NCBI GenBank assembly: GCA_949358305.1
Contig: OX442314.1
Span: 20,708,001-20,772,000 of the forward strand
From: Strigamia acuminata
Taxonomy: Eukaryota
DNA length: 64,000 bases
Direction of reading: 5' to 3'
In this document: positions 47,901 through 61,818 of the stretch, one piece after another
Layout of the letters: each line of letters opens with the position of its first letter
How positions within the stretch are numbered: position 1 is the stretch's first letter
Position numbers and translations under genes: made by a program
Notes under the pieces: generated by a model
What the model was told of the DNA's origin: nothing
The model's database searches: none
Seen by the model: only the letters and a program-made list of their open reading frames with translations

Positions 47901-50900
47901 TTGCTACAATCCAACAAATAATTCTCCAAACTAGAAAATTTAACTAATCAACACAAAACGTTCTTGCTCAGTGTGCTTTGCGCCTCTCAACACACAAAAC
48001 CGTAAACCACGTGACCATCAAATGGACGCCCCTTGAGCCTGGTTTCAACCAAGTTGCAGACTTGCTCTAATCAGTGATTGACTTATCAGTGCTATTTGGA
48101 CTTGAGACTCCTGTTCAAACATGTCACTCATAGCCCTAGTTTACTACACACACTTTCTTCAAAATATTTTTATTTCCACAAAAAAAGATATGTAAAAGAG
48201 GGGAAAAAAGTTGTGATAATAAAAAAGCATTATAGAAACCTCTCCCAGCTGCTTCTGTTTCTATTGGGACTCCCTTAATGCCTAAAAACAGACTACTTAG
48301 CTTAAATACGAATCGTATCAGTCCAACCATGAGTTATGCCTGACTCATGGTAAACAACATGATACCATTCAAGTTTCAACTGTTGCAATTACCAAAAACT
48401 ATGCCAACTAATCAAAGCATTACGATAAGTTATCTCTTTACCCACAATCCACTGGCCAATTCCCATCTCCATTTCTCTTGAGAAAAGAAAGTTTGGACAT
48501 TAATTATAACACTTGAAAATTGTGTTCTAAAAACAAAACTTAAGAGTAATGGTCATCCATGATGTTCTGCTTCACGAGTGTAATAATGAATTCGTTACTT
48601 TTACCTTGAGTTAAGTATAGATGTTAGTCAGCTTGTGAGAAAAAATTAAATCAGTCGTAGATGACTGATAAAAGAAAAGCTATTTTATCTTACAAAATGG
48701 TTTTGTATTTCCTATCTTTCACTACCGGTGTGAGGTTTTGGTTTTACCGACCGACGTATGAAATCGTCGTTTAATTTCTAAGTTATAATTTGTTTGCATG
48801 ATTCATCAAATCATTTGTGAGTGTATTTGGAGACATTGATGTACTCCCACACATCTCCAGACCAAAACATTACCAGAAAACGTTTTGTCAATCATGTGAA
48901 CAAGAACGATTTCAACTTGTTATTTTTATTAGTCAGGACAACATTTTTCTATCAAAATTTACACGTCGCACTAATTTAATCAATTCAACGTTATCTGTGT
49001 CAATGACAATTGGACTACAAGAACCCAGAGGGACCAGGAAAAGCAAAAAAAAAATAAAAAGAACATTAAAGAAAATGCTCATCGATTAACCACTCAACAA
49101 ATAGAAAAACATGAACAGACAAACCCAACAACATACTGAAAATTTAAACACTTGTTTAGACATTTAATTTCCGGAATATAGAAATTATATTTAAACACTG
49201 GCAATCTTTTTAAATATAGAATCTGTCCTCTGCCCACGTCCACGACAACTAACAGTAATTTGAAACCTGTCAACCCGAAGACAAATCGTGGAGAATGACA
49301 TGCAACGCAATCAAACAGTTGATAAAGAGAAAATTTATTAATATAAAAATCTAAAAGATACTGCCCAATTCCACTATAGCTTACCAAAAGAAAGATTAAA
49401 GTCCAAGGATCGGATTTCTCATCAATAATTTTTTTACAACTATTCTCGTCCTTTTTCTTTCACGAATTCCTATCTAAATGTCAAGTATCCGAGTGTTTTC
49501 TCAATTTTCTTCAATTTGCAAATCGTTATCAGCACCAATATTAAATTGCGGAATATGTTCTCATGTTTACAATGCAATTACAATAGCAACATTCAAGCAT
49601 TTGATCGAAACTAATAAAGCTAAAACGTTACGTATCCTCCCGAGTCCTGGTTAAGTATTTTTAAAAGTTCGCATGACCACTTGCACATTTTAATTAAACG
49701 TTCGTTTAATAAGCAGCTATAACCTCGAAAACCATGCAGGTCGTTCCAGGTTTAATTTTCACTTGATTTGCACGTAGTTTTGACATCCATCTAAGACTTC
49801 CAGTCAAGTGGAATTAAACAATCTAATTTAGATTGTAGAATGCTGTTTTTTTGTTTTTCATTTTTGCTTAAATCTTTTTCATGCATTTTGTATCAAGTTA
49901 CTATCCCTTTAAATTGGAGCAGGGTCAAAATGTTAACCCAAATTATTTCCATACACCACCAGGGCCTTACAAGAAAAATAAGTTACCTAACTTCGTTTCT
50001 CCTTCAATTCTCTACGGAACTTACATCTGGCATTTGATTGACATCCTTCCTAACAAATAGAAATAGTTTCTTTGCTTTTACCAACAGAAAAAAAAAATAG
50101 TATAAAAAAAAAATATGACCGCTGCATAACATTCATTACCAAATCATAAGCCAGAAACGAGCATTACTAAAAACTACTTTCAATACAAAAAAACAACAAA
50201 ACAAATCCCTCAAATCCATACTATCACATACACTTCAAATAACCCTGTAATTCATTTATTTCATTTTTTTTTCTTCTTTCCTTTTACCATAAGCTCCAGA
50301 TAGTTCCACCATCATTTACCAACAACAGGAAAAAAAAGTAAATGAAAGAAAAGTGTTTTTCTTGTCTGTCATGCTCTTCTACACTACAACTTGTTTGTTC
50401 ACTGCAGTGGAAAAGTTGAAGAAAAAAATAGAAGTAAAAAAAAAATAGCAGAGACAAAACCAGAAAAAAGAAATAGAAAAAAAAAACTAATCTTAGGTTG
50501 GCAGGGAGATAGGATAGGATACCATGGAAACACAAGATAGGCAACTGATTGCACCTTGGACTTGACTCACACACTCATGGGATGGATAAAGAAGGACACA
50601 GTAAGCAACACAACACTCTTTACTTAACTAAAGCCGGCGCTCTTTGCACAAACCAACACAATAAACAAAGTAGGAAAAATCCATCAACCCAAATAATTTT
50701 GCTTTTATTTCTTTCCGATATTATTTATGTGTTTATTTAATATTTGTGGGCATTTAATCCAAACTGGCATAGACCAATATTTGCAGATAAATTATCTTTT
50801 TATTTGCAAAACGTGTGCTTGCAGGTAAGTTAGAGGTTCCAATTATCTAACTTAGCTTCCTCTCATTAAATCAACTTCCGCTTCTACTATTCTTCCATGG

Positions 50901-53900
50901 TAACCCCAAATGAAATATAATACAAAATAAATATCCCCGAGATCGAAAAATAAATATAAAAATTAAATTAACCTAATTAAAATTTAGAAAAGTAGAAGAA
51001 GAAAAAAATTACTGTAAATATATTTTCTCCTCTTTTTTTATCATGGGCAATAAAAATTTAATTATTTATCAGAAAAATGGATAAATAATTACCAGCTTGC
51101 TATTAAGAGTAGTAAAATTCAATTCTGGGTTCATTAGGTATTTATAACTGCACAACCTGTTACACTTGCACATTTTTGAACCATTTCAAATGAAAAACTG
51201 CTCCAATTTATTATTTAACAGGGATACTTTGTGTACATAGTTAAGCAACCATGAACGGATGATTTGTAATAAGTCATTAGTCATTTATTAACAACTTTTT
51301 TGTTCCCAAGTTAAATAATTCAAACATTAACTATCGAGTCAACTCGAATATTCACATCAAGATGTGTATGATTTGTGTATTTATTCAAAAACCGAAGAAA
51401 TGACCGACATATCAGTTGCAGCATGACCAACTTGGGTGAAATTTGCGCGTCCAAATGATAAATTCATATTTTTTCATGTGTTTTTCTGGTTTAATTCAGT
51501 TTCTTGTAAAACCAACTCAGAATAAAACAAATATTTAAACATGCAAACACTTTATCGATCACATTGCACTTCATTTTTCCTGCACGATTAAATTAAATTT
51601 CTGGATTGACCAACAAATTTAATTCATCAAAAAAAAAACCCAATGATCTCTTTCCATAAAAAAATAAAAAAATAAAAAAAAATAAAAATTACAAGTCCCA
51701 GCTGAGTTACAATATGCATTAAACCCCTTCGCGAAAAGCATAAAGCTGAGCCCCAACACTATGCTTCAGTTTATTAAAACCTGGAAATTGCCTTTTTCAA
51801 GGGTCCACCCTTATTTATTTTCACGCCCTTTTTTTTCCATTTTTCCATTTTTTCTTTTTAAATATCCAAAAGAAATTCATAAATAAATGTCTAAACCTCT
51901 CTGCTTAATCCTCGTTTTCAATGCATTCTATTTACAGTGGCTTGTTATTCGTACGTGTCGCCTCGCCCAAGATTGAAACTCATTTGTTTAATATCTGCAT
52001 TCACATCTAAGCCACGATTCTCATTGCGAGACGATCATACCAAATGGAATTAACTTTTCTCCATAGAGATGTGTGCCATTCACTTTCCCTTTCTTCAGAA
52101 CACCTACTTCCATACACATCTTGATATTATGCAATTTTAATACATCCCAAACACAATTTGAGGTATTCATTCCGGAAAGATACATACATGTTTCCTGACA
52201 CTAAAATCTCAAATCTACTTGCCTGCTTTTCAAATAAACCTCTGTAATAAACTCGCAACCATATTAAATGAAACTCGCCTCCAACAACCTCATCCATCCG
52301 CATCCAAGTATCCAAATGACAAAATCCGTAATATATGAACGAGACAATTATTAACGGAAACGGGCTAACGTAGAAAATTTACAATCTCTTATATTAAAAA
52401 ACGTGAAAATTGAACCATTTCTTCCAACAACCTTTTTATAATTTAAAAAAAAGATTGATGAATGGCACTGACATCCGATTCTTACTAGATAATAATGGAC
52501 GGACAAAAAGATCACTTCACATCCCAAAGTAACGTTTACAAAACATCATAAAAATAATTATAATAACTAGCAGAAAACCATTCTAACAACTTCACAAAAC
52601 ACACATGAACTGGAAAACCAAGAAAAAAGAATTCATTTAGTTTTTTATTTTTCTCAAAGAAAGGTAAAGCACCTAACAGTAATGGAGAAAACGCCATTGA
52701 ACTTTTAACATAGCTTCAATTTACTAATTAGGATTTTTTCATACGTATTAAGTAATGTCCTGTTGTTTGGGCAAAACATGCCGGTACTTCCCCTAATGTA
52801 CTGATTCATTAACACAGCAAAGCGCCCACCCGTTACAACCCAGACAACGTGTCTGATCCCCACAAACTAATGTAAAGAAATTGAGATAGAATCAGTAAAT
52901 TAAGTGGTCTTCCAAACTTTCATCCTTTCATCATTTGATAATTTTAATTAAACACTCAGATTATTACCTGGATAAATCCCAAATGAGTTAAGGGCAAGGG
53001 ACGACACATTTATAACGAAGCAAATAATTTGTGTCTCTAAAAGTATTATCAACTGGCATAAAACCTAGTAATTCTGCACTTGACTGCACTCACACCAATT
53101 GCATAAACGCCAATCATCCTTTGCCGATTCGAATTATACTTCATTGTTCAACGATTATTATTCACAAATTTCTGAAACGCTAGTATTGTGCAGCCCGGTA
53201 TTAAAATGGATGCAGAACGTATGTGATGTTGCAGCATATTTGGAGATAAATGTTCAGGACTAATAAATTTACGAACAAAATTAAAAACATGTCATCACCA
53301 TAATAGCTGTTTGTTGACAACGTTAGCAGAATATAGCTGAATTTAATTGCATTTTATGTACATTGCTAAGTATAGCACCTTAAGAATTATTTACAGCCTT
53401 ATAACTTGAATGGGATGACATTTGCATTTTGTTGGTGCAGTTATTGAATGTGATGTACGTCGCGGCTTGTATAAATAATTTGCCGCATTATTTCGGTTTA
53501 TTTGTTTTCCCTTTATTTATGTAATGAATTTCTCGTCATACTGGATATAAAATATTTGTTAGTCTTTCTGTCGAATAGAATAATTACCGGGAAAAACACC
53601 CGTATACTCTGTATGTCCTACGAAGGCGAATGTATTTGTCATGAGTCATATGACCTGTTTGATTTTTATCTACATGACTGATTTTGATACACGAAGGTCA
53701 CATTGTGTGATCTGCCCCTTATGTAATTCCTACCCCTTTATTAAAATTCACTATTATTGTTTATTTTGCTAGACAATTGTTTTAATACAACGTCAACATA
53801 ACAGAGAAGTCTTCCATTGCGGTAATAACTATGTTGACACATTTGTTATCCCATCCATACTCACACATTTGATGTTTATGTTGTTCAATTCACTAATTTT

Positions 53901-53992
53901 TAATATTTTTGCACACAAACAATTGTTATACAATGAGTAGAAAGAATGGAACCTTTGTGAAGAAAGCACTGGAGATCTACAACATCCCTCAA

Positions 53993-54152
53993 ACAGCACA
54001 TCATCATATGGGTACACTGGGCACTCGCACAGGGCCCCCAATTTCACTGGCTCCATTTCAGTTAATCAGATAGAAAAATAAAATAAAATAAAAATTAAAT
54101 TTTATTTTGGTTTCATTTTATTAGGAAATTGGGACCCCCATCTAGTGCCAGT
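53993..54152 (+). repeat. Dispersed repeat family B, copy 3
   Basis: GCACATCATCATATGGGTACACTGGGCACTCGCACAGGGCCCCCAA...CCATTTCAGTTAATCAG and an (AAAAT)n tract; links the 25.8 and 41.85 kb copies. Confidence 0.7.
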
Positions 54153-57100
54153 ACCATGATGCACCAACAAGTATTAATTTACACTACCGTAAATTTGTCT
54201 TGACAAAAATTCCAAAATAACACCTTAACCAGGCACAAAAAAAACCAAAATAAAAACTGATACCTTATGGACCGCTTTTGTAGCATTCATAATATTTGCT
54301 CCAAACAACCGTTCCAGATTGTAATTATATCTTCCGGCATTTGAGCATAGACAAATATTATTAATTAAAACATTTTATTTTTCTTTCGACTGAAGAAACT
54401 CGTTCCCGGGGGTTAAGTAACCAAAACCCAACAGGAATTTTATCTACACTAATAAAAATTTATATCTCTTCCACAAAGCAACTATAAAACATCTTAGAGA
54501 TGAGAAAAGGCTATAACAAATTGCTACATTCATACCTCTCTAAAATCTATTGGCAAACACAAAATCCCTTCTTGCAGATTACATAGGTAATAAACCAACA
54601 CTGATAATTGAATGCAAGAAGTGAACGTCAACTTGTTGAATAAATGACTCATCAAGATTGTATCTGCTTGCAACCAAATGATCCTTTGTATTGCATTCCT
54701 TTGCAAAACAAGTTCCTCCGAAATTAGACTTTGCAACAATCGATTAAAACAAAGGCGCATAGAAATGGTTTTATATTAATAAAATAAAACATTTCTGGGA
54801 AAAGAGAGAGAAGGAAGGGCACAATACGGCTTTTATTTATTTAAAATATTAAAGCTCGCAATATATTCTAACATTCCCTAGTCTGGTTTTTGTTTCTAGA
54901 TAAATTAAAATTTTAAAGAGTGATCCACACAAATGCATCATTCTAATCTGACCGACTAATAAAACGTGCAATATTTGACTAGCTAACTCAGCAGTTGTGT
55001 ATATCATCACAGTGCATTTATGTTTTAGTGCAAGCCTGCTCAGTCCATTGGTCAGCCATCAACGCTTGAGTGCATAGTAAATTCTGAAATAAAAATTAGT
55101 ACTTGGACTTAGGGTGGCACTTAAACTGTGAAAGTGGACAACCGTTAGGATTGAAAGCAATTACAAACCCGATTTATCTCATTAACACGTGCTACAATAC
55201 AGAACCAATCCAAGATAAAACAATCCCCAGCAGTACTGTTGTGGTGACAACGGTAACCACAAATAAATAAATACGGAGTATATAAATAAATAAATAATAT
55301 TTAAGTGGTGGACTGCAGACTAGTACTTGCCATTCATAAATCGGCCCAGCCCTGTTTTACTGCAAGTGTTTGCCAAACAAAGTCACATAGCCATTTTAAG
55401 CTATAGTATTCCAAATTGCTAGTTACAAGAGGCACCACAAGCATTCAACTAACTTTTAATGACAGTATAAGGCATATTTCTGAAACTTGTCCTTTTTTTC
55501 CGTGTTATTACCCACAATGTCATGTTTAGAGAACCTTAGAAGAACCCTTCAATTAATTAATCAATTAATATACGATTAAAAGCCAGAATCCATAACCATC
55601 AAGTGTACAGTCTGCGCTTGGTATCTTGATGACAAATTCTAACACTAAATTCCATTTTTTGCACGCGTAAACACACACGACTAAAATTGTTTATCGCACA
55701 CATTACCTCTCATTATTTATCAAAATCATCTATTTGTTGAGTTTGTGTGTGCACAGACAGAAAATTTTCAGTTTGATTTTAGCTTCAAGATCCGGGCGCA
55801 GACTTTTTAGTAGTATTAAAAGATATATTGTACTTGAATGTTAATTAAAATCCTGTGCCCAAATAAAAAGTAGAATAAAATTCAAACTTTACTGCAACTT
55901 TCAATGTTAAATTAATGGAATTGGCGTGCATCTTTATGCCACTTTCCCATTTATGACCAGAAGCTTTTCACCTTATCGCGACCGTTTCCACTTTCACGTT
56001 CGGTTGCAGGTAATTCCTGGACAAGCTCACGTGTAGTTGTTGTAGAATTCCTTCAATACCCAAAAGTAAATAGAAACTCTGAAGTTTAAATAATTTAAAG
56101 ATAGAAGTTTCAAAATGCGTTTCCCACGACAGCCAGCCCTTCAAGTGTTTAGCTCGGCAAACTTTTCAACCTCTTTACCTCTATACCGCCTGGATTTACT
56201 TGTAGGAATAATGAAACTTTTATACACTATACGCTTTCAACTGCTCAATGTTAAAAATGACATACATTTAGCTACATTGTGTATAGTGATGATAGGTAAG
56301 CCCTGGAATCTACAATAATAATGTATGCAGAGCATACATAGTATTACTTTACCTCTCAAATCATTCTACATACAACAAAGCATTTTGTCAGCAACCTAAT
56401 TAACAAATTCCAAATTTGCTAACATGTGAAGCCAAGTTGGCAAAACTAACACGAACAATGTAAGAAATTAAGCGAGCTTGCCATTCCCACTGTACAAAAA
56501 CCTCTAGTCAATTTAAGACATGTTGTCCATGCTTGAAAAGCAAAAAAAATTCTTTCTGTAATCGTGCTGGAATCTGCCATTATTGCATTGCAAGCAAGAA
56601 AGAAAGATACAAACAGCAAGTGCTTTTACTTTCTATTGGAACCAGAAAACTTCTATTGACAATTTTAAAGATCGTATGCAAACATGTGTTTATGGTAAAC
56701 GAATTTTTGCGTATTGTTTAAAATTGTCAATAGAAGATGTCATACCACACAGTATCCAACCAGCAAATAATATTGACCAGTCATTGATTTTTAATTGGCT
56801 ATAATATTGAACCAATAATAAAATGTCAACATTAACTACAATCTTGAAATAAGCTTAATTGAAGGTATAATACAAAAATATATTGGGCTCATGTTGGCAA
56901 TATAACCATCACGTTGGTTATCCTTTTTCCTTTTCCTAAAACTAGATTTAAATTCAATTTATTCTCCCAGACCTACTACATAACTCGCATACTTACTCAA
57001 CAAACCAAATTTGACGGAATTTACTTGGCACATATCACTGTTTCAGACTCACAACCCAGCAACAACAATACCTTCTTCAATATAAAAAAATAAGATTATG

Positions 57101-58071
57101 CCTAGCAAGGCCATGCTTAGAAAACTCAAATCCTGCAACAAGACAGCAGGCTTACCAATCTAATCCCCACTTCATGCTAGCATGTAGCCAACAGATCCCT
57201 CACAAAAGACACCTAGAGAAACCAGGTCTGAATTTCAATCAGGTCAAATAACTCTTGAAGAAGGAAAATCAAACTTTCTCAATTTCTCTCAACAAACATT
57301 TAATCCTTCACTCACTTGTATAAGTATATTCAAATATAAATAGTAATCTATGTATACTATTTAAATTTTGATATACATCTATTTACTAGCTTCATAGATT
57401 TACATGAAAAATTCTGTTTGAAATGCCAAAATTCTCCTGAAAACTTTTAATAAATAAAAAATGAACCTCTTTTCCATCCATAGAGAAACTCAATCTGAAA
57501 AATAAGTCTAAAAGAAAAAAACATGTTCAGCTTCTTCAAACCATCACAAATCATAAACTGACGGTGCTCAGAGTTGAGAGGCCCAAACATCCAAATTTCC
57601 AAGAGTCTTAGATAGAAAAGTCCTTTTTTCTTCTCTCAAGTCAATGAAGTTATGTTTTGAGTGTTTCTAGAGAGAAAAAAAATGGACCAGTGACTTCTAG
57701 TTAAATTGCCTCACAAATAGGTTTCCTCCTGCCCCTCAATCTATAACACACTCAACTTGGATTTTTTTTCTTCCTTACTCTCTTTTTTATCAGTTTGCAC
57801 CACCTTGGCACTACACTTTCAACAAACCACGGTACAAAAAGGAAACCCAACGCTTTTATTTGCTTTTAAAATAAAAACAAAAAAGGAGAAAATAAAAATG
57901 AAATATAACGGAATAAGTACTTTAACAAAAAAGTTTTTTTTTTCTCCTTTTCTGAATAAGAATGAGTGTTGAATTCAAAGAACCCATAAAATGTTTTATA
58001 CTTTCAGGTCGTATATTTATATTTCTTAGAGCTTTTCAAATTAAAAATGGAACAAAATTCCAAATTTAAGT

Positions 58072-58325
58072 TTACTATCCGAACTAATTGGAAGTCATAG
58101 GTGTTCATAAGACCGATTTGTTTGCATAATCGGATATTAATTTACGTACCTTTTCTGCACTTTGCGCTTATTTCTTCTTGAATGCAAGCAGAAATATCAG
58201 CACAAGGTGCAGAAAGGTTATACACATTAAAATCGATTTAAAAGTCGATAAAAAAATCGATCACTACTGTTCGAATAACCGGTCATTTGCCAACCCGACG
58301 TTCGAATAATCAGCTTTCTACTGTA
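58072..58325. mobile_element. pogo/Tigger-like MITE remnant with internal palindrome
   Basis: The right end CGAATAATCAGCTTTCTACTG|TA resembles pogo-type TA|CAGTAGAA..GATTATTCG termini; repeated TTCGAATAA motifs; eroded left end (TATCCGAACTAATTG); hairpin at 58148-58218. Confidence 0.55.
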
Positions 58326-61300
58326 TTCCTTTAGCACCTAAAGATATTTAAAATTAAAATATATCGATTAAATCTGAGTAAAAAAAATATCACACATCTT
58401 CATTCTGTGTGAGTGTTATTATTGCAGGTATTTCAAAGAAAAACATCACCTATTGTTGTCAACACCCAAAATGCAAGCATTTTTCCTTAGAGAGTTAATA
58501 ATCTTTAAGCAAAAGTAATCCAATTGTTCGTGCTATTCATTAATTTGCAAATTTCGAGTCCACTTTTGAGGTAACATCACTTCCAAATTTAAATGCATTT
58601 ACGAACACAGCCTGAAATCCTATTACAAAAAACAAACAAAAAAATAAAAACCCAGCTGCATAAACAAAACAAGCAAATACTCCAAAGGCAGCAAAACAAA
58701 AATGAATCCAACTAATACTCTTTTTGTGCACACAGATAGGAATGTTGAAAGAAAAAAAGCAACGGAATAAATTGTCACAGCAAAGCAGTAAAAAAAAAAT
58801 TAAAACAAAGCTGGAACAAAAAAAAACACAGAATCCAATTAAAAGTTCATTTAAACCAAGGCAGAGAAGTATGCAAAACAGAGGATAGAAAAAAAAGCAA
58901 AGCGAGATAAGAAAAGATGTGCACAAAACAACACACACACTTCTCATACACCATTTTTCTTTCTTTCTCTTTCATGGCTCTTGATTACTGACGAGTAATT
59001 GAAAATACTAACAAGCTTTTCTCCTTGTTCCCATTTCAAACTTTTTCCTTGTGCTTAGTCTTTCCTAGCAAAAGAAGAATCCATTACTTGCTAGCACCCT
59101 CTTTGCACAAATAAGATTACATTACAAATGGCAAAAGTCTGCTGCCTGGGTATTAAGCACAATGCTATACCAATTCTATTTTCAAGACTTAGTCCCAGTA
59201 TTGTTCTTTCTTCTCTCTCTCACTTGAATCTTCCTCTTGCTGCTCTCGTTTACCTTTTGTCACAATTTGCTAAGTGGCAAAACTTTTCCAATTTCATTCC
59301 GTGCTTTCCAGGATCTAATAATCTCCGACTCGGATTTGAACTAGATCCGCAAGGAAATGAGGAGTTTCGAGTCAAAAATACTTAAATTCTCAAGCATGGA
59401 ATGCGGATTCGCCACCCAAATAAAATTAATCAAAATAACTCAATAATGTTCATCTGCATTATCATAAACGCTATCGACTAATGCATCTGCTTAGTTGCAT
59501 TCATCCATAACCCATTAATTAAGACTACGTGTTTAACATAACGCATGCACTACAAATGCTGGCTGCAAACATTAAAGGATATACATGAAATTCTTACCAC
59601 TAAATATTCAACTTTATGAGCAAACCAAAGGCTAAAAGTATCAAGATGGTACAACTTCTAAGATTTCAATCAACAAATTCTTTCTCCAAAGAAAAAAAAC
59701 CTAAATGCAGTTATAGTTCGCGAACCAACCAACAATTTTCATTTGCAAAACCTCTAAGCCTTTGCCGCACTACTACACCACATAGACAAGACATCAAAGC
59801 AAAAGACCTGGCACAACGTTGTGCTGATAACAATCATGATCACTCTTGTCAATAGTAAGCAAGAACATTTGCATGATGGGCCTAGCAAAGGCAATGAGAA
59901 AACGTAAAAGGGTTGGCAGACGGGAAGATGGGGGAGTACGGGAAATGAATCGAGGGAGGAAGCGATAAGACTGCAAAATGAGAAAGAGACAGCCAACTCC
60001 CGACAACACACACTTCACCAAGACAATCACTTCCTATCTCTATATTGAAAAGAGATGCCATTGAGAGAACAAACTGCAAACCGTGTGGCAAGCTTCAAAT
60101 TGTGTGCCTGTATTAAATATCCTCCCTTTATTCTTTCTGTTTTTCAAAAAGAAGAAGAAGTAAAAAAAAAATATCTTAGAAATATTTCTTAGAGAAATAT
60201 TTCTTTGCAAGATGTTCAACATTTCTCCTTTCTGTACTTTCAATACCATACTGCAATTAGTCGTATAGATCCGCGCCATTCTTTCTTTTTTTAGTTCGCC
60301 AACCATGAACCCATAAAAAATTAATGGAAACCACCTCCCAATGTGAAAATTCTCCCTTTTATGTACACAAGTTCGATATAACTTTTCTTAAGTGCAATTT
60401 ACCAACTAAGATTCATGTAGAGAGACGAAGGGAGAAAAAAATCTCAAATCATCCATTAAGCAAACAAGTTAGTTCTTAATGATAGCCTTACATTTTTAAC
60501 TACCTTCATATCAGCAACAAAAACATATCCGAAATGAAGACCATTACACTCTTAATCACCAGATGGGAAACTCAACTCCAATAACAGTTTCACCAATATC
60601 TGAAAAAAAAATAAAGAAAAAAAACTCAAGGCAAACATCAGTTTGACAAACAAAAGAACAAACCCTTATCTTAACTCATTTTCAACTCTTTCATTACTAA
60701 AACAAACGATATTGTGATATGCTACCTAAATCATAAAAATTAAAATTAAAATTTCTCTCTCCGCTTTTACAAATTTATAATTATAAAAATTCAGCGCTTT
60801 CTGTGTGTTCGCATTAGAAAGAAATTTATTGAGAATTGCCATGACATTGTTAGTGTAGTCTTGGAAAACAATTTTGCTTTGTTTTCTAAAATTATCATTC
60901 AATTTGCTGCCATTTTTATTAAATTTATTACGCCAGTTTACGGGCGATTTGTGGCCACAGGTCATTAGTTTAAGTCTTTTCCCACTCATGGAATTGCCCA
61001 CAATTGGCTCGTGTAGTCACGTGACGAAATAGAATGAAAAGTCATGTTGGAAATCCGTGCTCTTTAATTCCCTTAGTTTTATCATTTCACACGAATCTGT
61101 TAAATATGAAATTTTAATCAAAACATTTTCTCACCCCCGTTTGGAATTCACTTTAGTCGTAAATTTTTTTTTAATAATCATTCAAATAAAAAGCTTAAAA
61201 AAACTCTCTTGAAATTACTTTTTAATCTTTTTATCTACCCTTCAATTAAGAGCGAGTTAATCTGTTATTTTTCCGAAAATTAAACAAGACCGTGCTCTGT

Positions 61301-61818
61301 GATGAGCGTGTTCCAGCCAGAAGGTTGTGATTAATTTTCTAAACTTAGCGTAACGTGAAAATAGTGAGTTAAACGTTATTAATTATTTTTTTAAATTGCT
61401 TTGTCAACAGATATAATACAGTTTAAACAAAGACGTACAAATACAGACACACACAAGATAGAAAAGGATTTCTCAGAAATGTTTCTTTATCAGACTCGTA
61501 AACAACTCGTAGGTATTAAGAGATTAGTTGGTAAAAATGTTATGACTTACTAATGGGACAAATGCTTGTTTGGCTATAACTTTGTTTTTATTCATGCTAG
61601 GAACCTCCAATTTTGAAACAACATATACGTACAACTATACTCTAATCCGATACAACGTTGACCTAACTCCAGCCGTATCACTGGTGTAGTGGCACAAAAA
61701 CGTAGCCCATAATACCAGAATTGTAATTGAACTCCAGACATTGTGATCGATTACCAACACTTTTTTCTTTGTCAAAGGTGATTCTTTGACACAGAACTAC
61801 TTTTCCGCGTAGTAGAGC

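Noticed and set aside
58540..58947. 135-aa hydrophobic Phe/Cys-rich ORF and similar short ORFs throughout
   Set aside because: Translation artefacts of A/T-tract low-complexity DNA.
60726..61001. ORF starting MGNSMS (myristoylation-like)
   Set aside because: The start codon is GTG, not ATG; AT-rich and no homology recognised.
61281..61630. Second HINE-like end (AAACAAG + small stem-loop)
   Set aside because: No matching subTIR or GTCY microsatellite found; likely TE-derived but unclassifiable.
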